Positions 1 to 12,642 of a stretch of DNA of 64,000 bases are shown piece after piece; the stretch's first letter is position 1, and each line of letters opens with the position of its first letter. The translations under genes and the position numbers were made by a program. Origin of the DNA: Eledone cirrhosa (taxonomy: Eukaryota); contig OZ024765.1 of assembly GCA_964016885.1 (NCBI GenBank), forward strand, positions 11,222,001 to 11,286,000, read 5' to 3'. Below the pieces are notes generated by a model. The model saw only the letters and a program-made list of their open reading frames with translations. It had not been told where the DNA came from and did no database searches.

Positions 1-65
1 CCAATGTAGATAGATTTCTTGAGTTGGGTGTTTTATTTTGGAGTTTGGTTTACTGAGTGTATATG

Positions 66-115
<50 letters not shown>

Positions 116-180
116 TATATAACATACATATATACATATATATATGTATATATACACACATATATAACATACACATATAT

Positions 181-422
181 CATCATCATCATCATCATCG
201 TTTAACGTCCATGTTCCACGCTTGCATGGGTTTGGACAGGAGTTTTCCCACTTGAGGCAAGAGTGGTTGTCTTGCTCGCATAGGACTGTCTGGCGGGTTT
301 TCTACAGCTGGATGCCCTTCCTAACACCAACCACATTTACAGTGTGGGACTGGGAGGTTTTTACCGTGTTGCCTACACGGCCACATTACAGCGTGGACTG
401 TGTGTTTTTTTGTCGTGACACC
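181..422 (-). mobile_element. 5'-truncated 3' UTR of RTE LINE family 1, ending in (GAT)n
   Basis: Same sequence as the UTR that follows an RTE ORF end at 34732-35389; contains GGTTGGTGTTAGGAAGGGCATCCAGC and a (GAT)n tail on the minus strand. Confidence 0.8.
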
Positions 423-580
423 TATATATATATATAAACAATGAGTTAAAGACTTTGTTGATATGTAATCAACTGAGTTTTGTTTATAACAGATATGAAG
501 CACTCGACAGATAAAACTTATCTGGAGTTATGATAATAATAGTAATAAACAAAAGATATAACTTTATATCATCACTATTT

Positions 581-657
581 ATTTCATTATATATATTTCG
601 GGGATGCAAAAATTTATGTTGGACATAAATGAGAGCATGCTTTCTTCAGGTAAAATT
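581..657 (-). ncRNA. Minimal hammerhead ribozyme motif (family B-like)
   Basis: Minus strand reads CTGAAGA (649-643), a long stem II hairpin, GAAA (599-596), TATATATA, ATGAAAT. The basal stem II pairs are partly degenerate. Confidence 0.55.
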
Positions 658-935
658 CAACATGAGATGTATAAAATGTTTGATATACTCACAAGTGGGT
701 ATATATATATATACACACACACAGACATATGTATATACAAAAAGTATCCAATCCAACCTGTAAGGTAGTTGAGCAAGATGGTTGGATAACATCCTTGAAC
801 TTGGCTGGTTTTGCTTGAAGATCTAGCTGACAGGACCCACTGGAGGGAAGGTTTGAGGACTCTGCCCCCCCCCATGACCCTCTCGGGAATAAGTGGGTGA
901 AGAGGAAGGATATATATATATATATATATATATAT

Positions 936-1143
936 AACAAAGCAGGTGTGGTAAGGAACCAGATGGACCATAACGCACCAGAGTACTCAATACTTACGGT
1001 AGTAGAGTGGGTAATAGGAAAATGTTTGACCTCCGACGGCAGAGCTCAAGCCGTTTCGACGGCTATTTCTGGACTACTACTGAGTCCAGAAATAGCCGTC
1101 GAAACGGCTTGAGCTCTGCCGTCGGGGTTAGACATTTTCCTAT
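936..1143. mobile_element. Fold-back element family G (inverted arms plus unique tail), probably PLE pseudo-LTR derived
   Basis: Palindrome 1014-1143 with about 60-bp arms and a 7-nt loop. The same family occurs at 14778-14972, 24378-24592 and partially at 1748-1780, 25238-25272 and 40795-40836. Confidence 0.6.
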
Positions 1144-1305
1144 ATATATATATATATAGAGAGAGAATCAGGTCCCATATGAACAAGACGAAGTCAGCCG
1201 ACTGGACACTGCCCACAACACAGGACAACCCGTCTAACCCATGCTAGCGTGGAAGAACGGACGTAAAACGGTGATGATGATGATGTTGATGATATATATA
1301 GGAAA

Positions 1306-1340
<35 letters not shown>

Positions 1341-1349
<9 letters not shown>

Positions 1350-1560
1350 GTGAGTTTTTTTTTAACAAAATGAAAAATAACCTGGGTGTCCTACACGAGT
1401 GAAAGTATAAAGAAAAAGAGATGAAATCGAAAAGGCAACTGGAGTCTTATTTTTTTAAAATATATATATTTATTTGGTTCCTTTACCGGTTTCGCAGTTC
1501 CTTTACCGGTTTCGCTTTTCAAAAGGTGAGTTGAGATGGAGGATCTGTGGTTTTTCTCAC
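1341..1560 (-). mobile_element. Family F element (single arm), with an internal duplication of the GAAACCGGTA region
   Basis: Near-identical to 42640-42848; GTTCCTTTACCGGTTTCGC occurs twice. Confidence 0.6.
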
Positions 1561-1749
<189 letters not shown>

Positions 1750-2147
1750 ACAAAGAAAGTGTGGTAAGGAACCAGGTGGATCGTAATTAAAAAATCTAAA
1801 AATTAAAGATTTAAAATTAAGTGTTGAGGTAATTTTTTTTCATCTTTCTTGTTGAGAAGGAGACTGGAAAATGAACTCTTGTGTAGTCAGAGTAGTAGCA
1901 GCAGTGGTGGTGGTAGTTGTGATATTCTGTAAATATGGGTTGTGTATCTCAATTGTGTTAATGGAGTGGTCAAGAGTTCAGATAGGAGTGGCGAGGGGTA
2001 GGGTGGAATTGCAAGTTAGAGATAAATTCTATGGGATTGGCAACAGTAGGGTTGTGAAAGAAATTCTATTTTTGGAATATGGTTTTAGAGAGTGTGTGTA
2101 CATGTGAGAGTGTATATATAAAAATACACACACATGTATATATATAT

Positions 2148-2272
<125 letters not shown>

Positions 2273-2369
2273 GATTTTTAGTTTATGTTGGTTGTATACC
2301 AACACCTCAGTATGCAGGCTGGAGCACTCGACGAAGTGCGCAGGTTGGTTTGGTTACTCCGGAGTAGTG

Positions 2370-2678
2370 TAAAATAAAGTTAAATAAAAGTCAAATTATT
2401 AAAATTTACCTTCGTTTATTACTGCTTTATATATTTCAGTGACAGCCATCTTTGGCTGTGACCTCTTCAGCCAGTTCCTCAGTGAAATAACAACCCAACA
2501 AGGAACTGGGCATATCAGAGTATTGACAATATTATACACCTCAACAACATATGTACTAGTCTATACCACACTAATTCAAACTGCCTGAAGAGGTCACAGC
2601 CAAAGATGGCTGTCACTGAAATATATATAGCAGTAATAAACGAAGCTAAATTTTAATCATTTGACTTTTATTTAACTT

Positions 2679-2686
<8 letters not shown>
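2370..2686. mobile_element. Fold-back element family A with a hammerhead motif in each arm
   Basis: Arms of about 107 bp (2370-2476 and 2579-2686) are reverse complements around a spacer of about 100 nt. Confidence 0.8.
2580..2634 (+). ncRNA. Minimal type I hammerhead ribozyme (family A)
   Basis: ACTGC / CTGAAGA / GGT-C-ACAGCCA AAGA TGGCTGT-C-ACT / GAAA / TATATATA / GCAGT. Stem I is ACTGC:GCAGT; predicted cleavage after AUA at 2629. Confidence 0.8.
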
Positions 2687-2742
<56 letters not shown>

Positions 2743-3183
2743 GTGTATATGTATGTAGGTATGCAGGTGTATATGTAAGTAATTATAAGTATGTAATTAA
2801 CTTTCAAATTAAGTTGATCTTTGCAACATAAATTAACAAAGGGAGTAATGCACTGGGTAATTGCTGGCCTTGTGCCTAAATTAGAACAGTTATTACACAA
2901 ATATAAACACTGTTAACCAAACAGCTATATATCACTGAAACGAAGCTAGTTTGGTATTAAAAGGGTTAAAAAATTGGCACAGACATAACTAGAATCTCTG
3001 ATGTTCTGCTGCCAGTTAGTTATGTCTGTTTGGTAGACCTTACATTGAGCATCGGTCACTAATTTTCCTTTGATAAAATATCTTGGGATTGTTATTTATT
3101 GATGGTATTAATGGTAATGATAAAGCTATACAGATAATAGTTGACCATCACATATGAAAGGGCATAACTGATTAATAAATATA

Positions 3184-3216
<33 letters not shown>

Positions 3217-3340
3217 CGATTAGCGGCCTCTAGACTCACCTGATCAATGAAACAATTGTTAATACCTGAAATAAAGCCCCTTATTGTACAGCCAACCATG
3301 TTACTCTTCATTCTTTCACTATATATATATATATACATAT

Positions 3341-3674
3341 CATCATCATCATTTTACGTCCGCTTTTCCCTGCTTGCAAGGGTGGGACGGGAACTGATGC
3401 TGGCTTGATTTCTACAGCTGGATGCCCTTCCTAACACCAACCTCATTTACAGTGAGTGCTGGGTGCTTTTTTGCCGTGGCACCTCCATGACCACTTTGCA
3501 GTGGAATGATATGGACCCCAGTCCCTATCATCTCATTTCTACAGCTGAGTAAACTGGAGCAATGTGAAATAAAGTGTCTTGCTCAAGGAAACAACACATC
3601 ACCTGGTCTGAGAATTGAACTCACAACCTTTCGATTGCAAGGCCAATGCTCTAACCACTAAGCCATGTGCCTCC
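3341..3674 (-). mobile_element. tRNA-headed SINE with a CORE-like centre and RTE-derived 3' tail
   Basis: Minus strand: A box TGGCTTAGTGG, B box GAGTTCAATTC, CCTTGAGCAAGACACTT, then a tail shared with RTE family 2 ending in (GAT)n. Multiple copies in the window. Confidence 0.85.
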
Positions 3675-3707
3675 ATATATATGTATTTATATATATATAT
3701 ATATATA

Positions 3708-3778
<71 letters not shown>

Positions 3779-3819
3779 GTATTTATATATATATGTATAT
3801 ATATATATGTATACGTATT

Positions 3820-3882
<63 letters not shown>

Positions 3883-3983
3883 GTATATATATATATATAT
3901 AGTAATAATAATAATAAATGTGAAGACTAAAATCCAAGGATAAGGATAAATATATATCAAATATATAAGAACCCTACAGCAAA

Positions 3984-4126
3984 TATTTATTAAAATAACA
4001 GATTAAAGTTTAAGCAAAGAATTGCTGCTTTCACCCTTAACGGAATCTTCTGAGTTTCGGAAGATCCCGTTAAGGGTGAAAGCAGCGATTCTTTGCTTAA
4101 ACTTTAATCTGTTATTTTAATAAATA
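3984..4126. repeat. Near-perfect palindrome, about 70-bp arms and 3-nt loop
   Basis: Arms 3984-4053 and 4057-4126 are reverse complements with about 3 mismatches; contains a degenerate CGGAAGA...GAAA hammerhead-like core. Confidence 0.85.
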
Positions 4127-4430
4127 AATATATATACATATATATATATATACACGGAGATATCCATGGAAAGTAACCTTACATAGATCGATAACAAAGT
4201 ATAGTTACAATGTATTATCATCACCTAGAAACGATCATAAAGCAGTGAAGTATATTTCTAATGACTTGATTTTTTTATTTCATTGTTTTAACTTATATAC
4301 ATATATATATATATATGCATATACATAAATATACATCATCATCATCATCATTTTACGTCCGCTCTTCCCTGCTAGCAAGAGTGGGACGGGTCTTATTCAG
4401 CACAGCATCTCTCCACTTGTCACGGTCCTT

Positions 4431-4469
<39 letters not shown>

Positions 4470-4471
<2 letters not shown>

Positions 4472-4738
4472 AGGAGCTTCCAACAGAAATGGTCGCATTC
4501 TTTAAGGGTATGTCAATATTCATTTATAAAACTGCTCTATATTATATTTTATCTGATGAAAGCACACCATAATTTAACTTGGTGTCCTTGAAATATGTAT
4601 AATGAAATAAATATGGTTTTATAAATATAGTTTCCATTTGTTAATATATCGTATTTTTACTCCAATAATTTGTTGAGTGCTTTATATCAGTTATAAAAAT
4701 ATTTGCTTGTTGTATCCCAACAATTTAAATAGAACTTC

Positions 4739-4742
<4 letters not shown>
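4470..4742 (+). mobile_element. Family B short element carrying a hammerhead
   Basis: Flanked by (TA)n on both sides; near-identical copy at 16258-16520. Confidence 0.75.
4545..4609 (+). ncRNA. Minimal type I hammerhead ribozyme (family B)
   Basis: TATTTTAT / CTGATGA / AAG-C-ACACCA loop TGGTGT-C-CTT / GAAA / TATGTATA / ATGAAATA, with an 8-bp stem I. Confidence 0.8.
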
Positions 4743-4786
<44 letters not shown>

Positions 4787-4813
4787 CATATACATACATA
4801 TATATACATACAT

Positions 4814-4872
<59 letters not shown>

Positions 4873-4915
4873 CATACATACATACATACACTCACATATA
4901 TATATATATATGTGA

Positions 4916-4960
<45 letters not shown>

Positions 4961-5088
4961 CATCATCACCATTTACTGTCCACTTTCACTGCTAGCAAAG
5001 GTTGGACAGACTTTCACAGCCTGAGGCAATACTCAAGTGGATCTACTGACCTCTCACACATACAGCTCCATGTTCTACCAACTGCACA

Positions 5089-5121
5089 CTGATGATGATG
5101 ATGGTATTGATGGTTAGTACA

Positions 5122-5154
<33 letters not shown>

Positions 5155-5330
5155 GTTAGTACAATGATGATGATAATGGCGGTGGTGTTGATGATAATTA
5201 TGATCGTGGTGATGATGGTGATGATGATGATATTGATGATATTGATGGTTAGTACAATGATGATGATGATGATGATGATGATGATGTTATTGATGCTGAA
5301 GCTTAGCAATGGTTATGATGATGATGATGG
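5089..5330. repeat. (GAT)n-rich simple repeat
   Basis: Directly visible GAT/GGT triplet tract. Confidence 0.9.
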
Positions 5331-5477
5331 CTTAGCTTGATTTTTCGAAGTTCTCAACAACAGCAGCAGCAGCAGATAATGCTAAGCAATCAAAGAAGGT
5401 TAGCTTAATGCCACATTGATTCCAATTACCAGGGGAAATTCAACAGAGATTTTGGTACAGAACTGGTGGTTCTTCCA

Positions 5478-6530
5478 AGACACACAGACAGACACAGAGA
5501 GAGAGAGAGGGGGGGGGGAGAGAGATAGACTGAAAGACACACAGACAGAGAGAGAGAGAGAGAGGGGGGGAGACAGACAAATAGAGAGAGAGAGGGGGGG
5601 AGACAGACAAATAGACTGAAAGACACAGAGAGAGAGATAGAGAGAGAGAGGGGGGGAGACAGACAAATAGACTGAAAGACACACGGACACAGGGAGATAG
5701 AGAGAGAGAGAGAGAGAGAGGGGGGAGACAGAGAAATAGACTGAAAGACATGGACAGAGAGAGAGATAGATAGAGAGAGAGAGGGGGGGAGACAGAGAAA
5801 TAGACTGAAAGACACGGACAGAGAGAGAGAGATAGAGAGAGAGAGAGGGGGAGACAGAGAGAGAGAGAGAGGGGGAGACAGAGAAATAGACTGAAAGACA
5901 AAGAGAGAGAGATAGAGAGATAGAGAGGGGGGAGACAGAGAAATAGACTGAAAGACACGGAGAGAGAGAGAGAGATAGAGAGAGAGAGAGGGGGGGACAC
6001 ACAGACAAATAGACTGAAAGACACGGACAGAGAGAGAGAGAGAGAGAGGGAGACAGAGAAATAGACTGAAAGACACAGAGAGAGAGATAGAGAGATAGAG
6101 AGGGGGGGGGGACAGACAAATAGACTGAAAGACACACAGACAGAGAGAGAGAGAGGGGAGAGACAGACAAATAGACTGAAAGAAAAACAGACAGACAGAG
6201 AGAGAGAGAGATAGGGGGGGGGGGAGACAGACAAATAGACTGAAAGACACACAGACAGAGAGAGAGAAAGAGATAGAGAGAGGGGGGGAGACAAATAGAC
6301 TGAAAGACACACAGACAGAGAGAGGGGGGAGAGACAGACATAGACAGAGAGAGAGAGATAGAGAGGGGGGGTGAGACAAATAGACTGAAAAACACACAGA
6401 CAGAGAGAGGGGGGAGAGACAGACAAATAGACTGAAAGAAACACAGAGAGAGAGAGAGAGAGAGATACAGACAGACTGACGGAGAGTGAGATATAGAGAC
6501 AGACAGATGGACATAAAGACAGATCCATAG
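5478..6530. repeat. GA-rich minisatellite (about 55-65-bp unit with an AAATAGACTGAAAGACAC core)
   Basis: The core recurs more than 15 times with variable (GA)n and G runs. Confidence 0.9.
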
Positions 6531-6539
6531 ACAACAAAT

Positions 6540-6862
6540 GGAGAGAGAGGTGCTCCACTCCAGCCAGTTTTATGAAAGGTGGGTGAAAGTTGCGAGAATG
6601 GCCCGTGTGAATGGGCCTTCTCTCTACCTCAGCCTGTAGGTGGAACAGAAAGAAGGGAGCACCCTCTCTTTGTGCTCCCGTGGCGAAGGGTCGCACACTT
6701 TTTTTCTGGGGTGTGTGTGACCCCAAAACGATCCCTCCCTATTGAGGACCTTCTTGTTATTATTTTGTTTGTTATATTTTTCTTACTCGATTTTTATGTA
6801 AACTCCCCCCACCCATGTACATGTCCCTTTCTTTTGTGCCCTAGTGGCAAATAAACAGAAAT
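6540..6862 (+). mobile_element. Probable 3' end of an L1/Tx1-like LINE (ORF2 C-terminus plus 3' UTR)
   Basis: Frame reads EVLHSSQFYERWVKVARMARVNGPSLYLSL*, with the F..RW motif typical of L1/Tx1 ORF2 ends. It is followed by a UTR, AATAAA and a (TCTG)n tract. Confidence 0.5.
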
Positions 6863-6953
6863 TTGTCTGTCAGTCTGTCAGTCTCTCTGTCAGTCTGTCT
6901 GTCTGTCTGTCTGTCTGTCTACATATCACATATGCCAGTCTGTTGTGGTCCCA

Positions 6954-6989
<36 letters not shown>

Positions 6990-7687
6990 GCACGTGTGTG
7001 TGTGTGCGTGTGTATGTATGTATATATGTGTGTGTATATATATGTGTGTGTGTGTATATATATGTGTGTGTGTGTATATATATGTGTGTGCGTATATATA
7101 TATGTGTGTGTGTGCGTGTGTATGTACATATGTCGGTATATATATATGTGTGTATATATATATATGTATACATATATACATGTATATATATATGTATATA
7201 TACATATGTATATATATATATATGTATATATATATGTATATATACATATGTATATATATATATATGTATAAATATATATATATACATATATACACACAAA
7301 TACATGCATACACACACACACATATAGATATACACATACATATAAACATACATGCATATATAGACACACACACACACTCGTATATATAAATATATATATG
7401 CATACATATATACACACATACATACATATATATATATTTGTCATTTTAACAATCAATGTTGCGTAGCTGTTAGATTATCTGTTAATCAATATCTCCTTAT
7501 CAAATCTATTTACCTCCTTGTCAGCAGATCTACCCCACTACCCAATCAATGTAGGCCCCCACCCCACAGCCATTCTATCAAACCATTTTCTTCTTTCCAT
7601 ATCAGCTATCACTTCATCTATTTTAAATAACCTTTTATTTATCTATCCACCCCAATACACACACACACACACACATATATATGCATA

Positions 7688-7936
7688 TCATCATCATCAT
7701 CACCATCATCACCGTTTTACGTCCGTTCTTCCAAGCTAGCATGGGTTAGACGGGTTGTCCTGTTGTGTGCAGTGTCTGGTCGGCTGACCATGCCTTGCTC
7801 ATACAGGAACTGATCTGGCTTGATTTCTACAGCTGGATGCCCTTCCTAACACCAACCTCATTTACAGTGAGTGCTGGGTGCTTTTTCGTGGCGCCTACAC
7901 GTCCACTTTACAGTGTGGGCTGGGTGCTTTTTTGCC
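7688..7936 (-). mobile_element. 3' UTR of RTE LINE family 2
   Basis: Matches the UTR attached to an RTE ORF end at 63494-63950. Confidence 0.8.
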
Positions 7937-7987
7937 GTGGCACCTCCACGACCACCTATATGCATATATATATATATATATGCATAT

Positions 7988-8370
7988 ACGGTATTAACAA
8001 ATGGAAACTATATTTATGAAACCATATTTATTTCATTATACATATTTCAAGGATACCAAGTTAAATTATGGTGTGCCTTCATCAGACAAAATACTATCCT
8101 GATGTCTTCCAAAAGTAATGGTTGCATTTTGAAAGAGTACGTCAATGTTTATTTATAAAACTGGTATATATTGTATTTTGTCTGATGAAGGCATACTATA
8201 ATTTAACTTGGTATCCTTGAAATATGTATAATGAAATAAATATGGTTTTATAAACATAGTTTCCATTTGTTAATATCGTATATCTACTCCAAATACTTGT
8301 CGAGTGCTTCATATCAGTTATAAAAATATTTGCTTGTTGTATCCCAACAATTTAAATAAAACTTTTGCAT
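7988..8370. mobile_element. Family B fold-back element with two hammerhead motifs (cores 8085-8079 minus, 8182-8188 plus)
   Basis: Arms about 7988-8096 and 8172-8280, then a unique tail to about 8370; flanked by (TA)n. Confidence 0.8.
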
Positions 8371-8384
8371 ATATGCATATATAT

Positions 8385-8520
8385 AGGAAGGGCATCCAGC
8401 TGTAGAAAACCCGCCAGACAGTCCTATACGAGCAAGACAACCAATCTTGCCTCAAGTGGGAAAATTCCCGTCCAAACCCATGCAAGCGTGGAAGATGGAC
8501 GTTAAACGATGATGATGATG
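8385..8520 (+). mobile_element. RTE family 1 3' tail
   Basis: AGGAAGGGCATCCAGC...GGACGTTAAAC(GAT)n. Confidence 0.8.
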
Positions 8521-8633
8521 ATATATATATATGTGCAGAGGTTATATTTAATTTGTTGGGATTCAACAAGCTCCAACCGTTAAGGTTGTCTTTTATTCCG
8601 GGTATGTCAATATTTATTTATAAAACAAATCTG

Positions 8634-8699
8634 TATTTTATCTGATGAAAGCGCACCATAATTTGGCTTGGTTGCCCTTGAAATATATATAATAAAATA
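8634..8699 (+). ncRNA. Minimal hammerhead ribozyme (family B)
   Basis: TATTTTAT / CTGATGA (8642) / stem II / GAAA (8680) / TATATATA / ATAAAATA. Confidence 0.7.
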
Positions 8700-8975
8700 A
8701 ATATGGTTTTATAAATATAGTTTCCATTTATTAATATATTGTATATATATATATATATATTAATAAAAGGAATTCCAACTTTGTCTGATTCACTCGTTTT
8801 ATTTACAATCCTTTAAAATTTATAATGGTATTAGAATGAAATAGTATGGTAGAATATTAAATGTTAAGTGTTAATTGAACAAGTTCTTTCATGCTTTCGC
8901 AATCTTCAGGTTCATATTCTGTGGTGACAGTCAAGCTTGCAATTTTCAACATATATATATGTATATATATATATA

Positions 8976-9326
8976 TCATCATCATCGTTTAACGTCCATC
9001 TTCCACGCTTGCATGGGTTTGGACGGTAGGTTTCCCCACTTGAGGCAAGATTTGTTGTCCTGCTCGTATAGGACTGTCTGGCGGGTTTTCTACGGCTGGA
9101 TGCCCTTCCTAACACCAACCATGTTTACAGTGTGTAATGTTTACGCTGTAATGTGGCCGTGTTACCTACACGGCCACATTACAGCGTGGACTGTGTGTTT
9201 TTTTTGTTGCGACACCTACACGACCTCATTTGTTTCGGACTGGATGTTGTGGTACCAATATAACTTCACATTTAAGGGGGTGGTGTGGATGGGGTGGGGG
9301 TAGAGGGACGGGGGTGGGGGTCGGGG
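8976..9326 (-). mobile_element. RTE family 1 3' UTR copy
   Basis: Homologous to 34732-35070. Confidence 0.8.
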
Positions 9327-9382
9327 ATGTATTTCATCGGATTTTAGTCTTCACATTTACTATTATTATTATCATTATCAAA

Positions 9383-9573
9383 GGGCGGTGGATTGGCAGT
9401 ATCGGTGGAGGGTCGGACGCCATGCTTTCCAGCATAGTTACGTCCCTTTACGGTCTGAGTTCAAATCCCGCCGAGGTTGACTTTGCCTTTCATCCTTATG
9501 AGGTCGATAAAATAAAGTACCAGTAATGTACTGGGTTATTGCTGGCCTTGTGCCAAAAGTAAAAACAATTATT
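9383..9573 (+). mobile_element. tRNA-headed SINE family 2 (Meta-domain-like core)
   Basis: B box GAGTTCAAATCC, core GCCTTTCATCCTTA.GRGGTCGATAAAATAAAGTACCAG, (ATT)n tail; more than 10 copies in the window. The Meta-domain label is from memory of that consensus. Confidence 0.8.
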
Positions 9574-9610
9574 GTCATTATTATTATTACTATATATATA
9601 TATATATATA

Positions 9611-10065
9611 TAATATATAAGATCAAAAGATGGTTAAAGGAGTTCCATGTATTTTATTATGCGCATTTCAAAAACAAACATCATCATGCAATAATATTTG
9701 TGTTTTCATCAGATAAAACAGGAGGACATGATATGAAGGCTAAAAAACACTTGTGGATAGTGCAGTTTTAAATCAACATATGTTGATTTAAAACTGCACT
9801 ATCAACATATGTTGATTTAAAACTGCACTATCCACAAGTGTTTTTTAGCCTTCATATCATGTCCTCCTGTTTTATCTGATGAAAACACAAATATTATTGC
9901 ATGATGATGTTTGTTTTTGAAATGCGCATAATAAAATACATGGAACTCCTTTAACCATCTTTTGATCTTATATATTATGTATACTCCAGTCCTACAAACT
10001 GTAGAGTGCTTCTTATCCGATATCTGCATTGCTTTATTGTACTACAATAAAACTCACCTCCTACA
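9611..10065. mobile_element. Family C fold-back element with two hammerhead motifs (cores 9712-9706 minus, 9876-9882 plus)
   Basis: Essentially identical inverted arms of about 170 bp. HHR reads TGTTTTAT/CTGATGA/stem II/GAAA/TGCGCATA/ATAAAATA. Unique tail 9978-10065. Confidence 0.85.
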
Positions 10066-10487
10066 TATATATATATACACACACACACACGAGTATCAAT
10101 GGAAAAATTATATTTCTTTCATAAAAAAAAGTATATTATTCCCTTACATGTTTCAAAGAAAATATGACTTCCAATCATTCAAAATGTTGGGAAATGTTCA
10201 CATAGACATGTCTATCTATAGGTTTAGATAGATGGCTATGGAATCATATTCATTCCTCTTTTTAGAAACTAGCAATTATATACTTTCATTTTAACTCTCT
10301 ACTTTCCTTTGAGAAATGTTTGTATAGTTCTACCTTTGATGTTTGTGTGTGTGTGTTATATTATTTATTCATGTTCATAGATGGAACGAAGGCACCACCA
10401 AACGTTTCAAGGCCCAATATTGACAATATCTCCAGACTGTATGAGGGATCAAAATTGTGACCATATATATATAAATATATATATATA

Positions 10488-10518
<31 letters not shown>

Positions 10519-10582
10519 GGTCCCAAGGCTCTGATACCATCAACACTATAAACACAGAGCTGGCATATCTAAGAACTGACTA

Positions 10583-10638
10583 ACTGCCTGATGAGGTCAT
10601 AGCCATTCAATGGCTATCATCGAAATATATATAACAGT
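10583..10638 (+). ncRNA. Minimal hammerhead ribozyme (family A variant)
   Basis: ACTGC/CTGATGA/GGT-C-ATAGCCA TTCAA TGGCTAT-C-ATC/GAAA/TATATATA/ACAGT; compensatory C-G to T-A change relative to the copy at 2585. Confidence 0.75.
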
Positions 10639-10899
10639 AAATAAAGGATTATGAGTTCATGCAATTGACTTATGTTTCGTCACTATATATATATATATGT
10701 AGATAAATCTACCAAAATATACGGTAGTGTCCAATCCGTATGAAGAACTTAATGTAATCTAAATATCATGAAAAGAGAAGATGTATTCAAAAATCATGTT
10801 TGATATAGAAATGGGTTCTACAGGTCTAGAACTGTTTCATTCAAAAGAAATCATATAACAGTGATGAAGATGATGATGATATATATATATATATATATT

Positions 10900-11058
10900 C
10901 TAGGGCAGGTAAAATTCCCCAAGATCCATGGACGAGTTCTCTCCAGTGGTGTCTGTCCCACATTATCGCTGCCATGTCCTGGGTCTCCAACAGACCAGTG
11001 TCTGTCCTTAGGGCATCAACATACGTTAACCTTGGACTTCCTCTTCCAGTGTGTCCAT
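10900..11058 (-). mobile_element. 3' end fragment of the RTE family seen at 22200-23383
   Basis: Reverse complement aligns by eye to 23226-23383. Confidence 0.7.
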
Positions 11059-11169
11059 CTATAATTTAATTTGATGTCCCAATATATATGAGGAATATTC
11101 AAAACTGCAATTACTCAGTGAAACTGCAGTCGGGACATTGAAGTAAATTGGTAAATATATATATGTAAG

Positions 11170-11455
11170 ATGTGCGGGCAGGGGCAGAGTGCTAAAACAC
11201 TTCTTCCAGCAGGTCCTGTCAGAAGCAGCCATTTCCAATTGATCTGGCTTCATCCCTAAGTGAGACTAGCTCAGATTGTGGATGTTATCTAAGCTTCTTG
11301 CTTGGGATCTACCCCTGTGTCCCCTGCTGGTTGATTTTTTGCATGTAAAATCTGTCCAGCAATTCTCTCTTGAGGCATACTAACCACATGTCCACGATTT
11401 GGAGGTTTGATCTCTCATTCACAGAAGTAGCAATTCTCTGATCTCTGGTATACAC
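11170..11455 (-). pseudogene. Degenerate RTE (Expander/Rex3-like) ORF C-terminus
   Basis: Frameshifted translation ...ELLLL...GHVVSMPQERIAGQIL...RGHRGRSQAR..DNIHNL...LGMKPDQLEMAASDRTCW...LP resembles the RTE C-terminal domain. Confidence 0.6.
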
Positions 11456-11472
11456 ATTCTATCAAATAACAT

Positions 11473-11554
<82 letters not shown>

Positions 11555-11591
11555 TATATATATATACACATATATATATACATATATATAC

Positions 11592-11624
<33 letters not shown>

Positions 11625-11876
11625 CATATATATATATACATATATATATATATACATATATATATACATATATACATATATATACATATACATATATATC
11701 TATACACACACACACATATATATATACATATACATATATACATACATATACACATATACAAACATACATACATATACACATATACATATATATATACATA
11801 TATATACACACATATAACTATACACATATATATACATACATATACATATATATACATATATATACATACATATACA

Positions 11877-11910
<34 letters not shown>

Positions 11911-12298
11911 CATATATACATATATATACATATACATATACATATACATACATATACATATATACATATACATATATATATATATATACATATACACCCA
12001 CACATATACATACATGTATATGTGTGGGTGTGTGTAGGTGTGTGCACTTCTGCCCTACACATATATGGTTATGTGGTTATAGAGAGCTGTTTCTGATGGC
12101 ATGAAAACAAGAGGCAAACAAAACCAATCGAAACAACAAGAAAAACATAAGACTTCCACTCAAAGATCATCCGATCCTTGCGACCACTTCAACATCTCCT
12201 TCAACAGACTCTCTACTACATTGCTTGGGTTTTTCCTGCATTGCGACACTAACCAGGTACATCCACTTTCACAAGATTGCATTAATTGTATATTACTA

Positions 12299-12351
<53 letters not shown>

Positions 12352-12358
<7 letters not shown>

Positions 12359-12515
12359 ATTTAAAACTGCACTATCCACAAGTGTTTTTTAGCCTTCATA
12401 TCATGTTCTCCTGTTTTATCTGATGAAAACACAAATATTATTGCATGATGATGTTTGTTTTTGAAATGCGCATAATTAAATACATGGAACTCCTTTAACC
12501 ATCTTTTGATCTTAT
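12352..12515 (+). mobile_element. Family C element with hammerhead (core 12420-12426)
   Basis: Near-identical to 9808-9972. Confidence 0.8.
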
Positions 12516-12527
12516 ATATATATATAT

Positions 12528-12640
12528 ACGATATTAAACAAATGGAAACTATATTTATAAAACCATATTTATTTCATTATACATATTTCGGGGATACCAT
12601 ATTAAAAATATGGCATGCCTTCTTCAGATAAAATACAATA
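12528..12640 (-). mobile_element. Family B inverted arm with hammerhead (core 12627-12621)
   Basis: Minus strand TATTTTAT/CTGAAGA/AGG-C-ATGCCA..TGGTAT-C-CCC/GAAA/TATGTATA/ATGAAATA. Confidence 0.7.
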
Positions 12641-12642
12641 TT

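Noticed and set aside
1083-1120. Hammerhead in family G (CAGAAAT...GAAAC)
   Set aside because: Core deviates too far, and AGCCGT-CGAA-ACGGCT forms its own hairpin over the GAAA.
5400-6726. 331-428 aa Ser/Leu-rich ORFs
   Set aside because: Open in all three minus frames of a GA/CT minisatellite; no coding signal.
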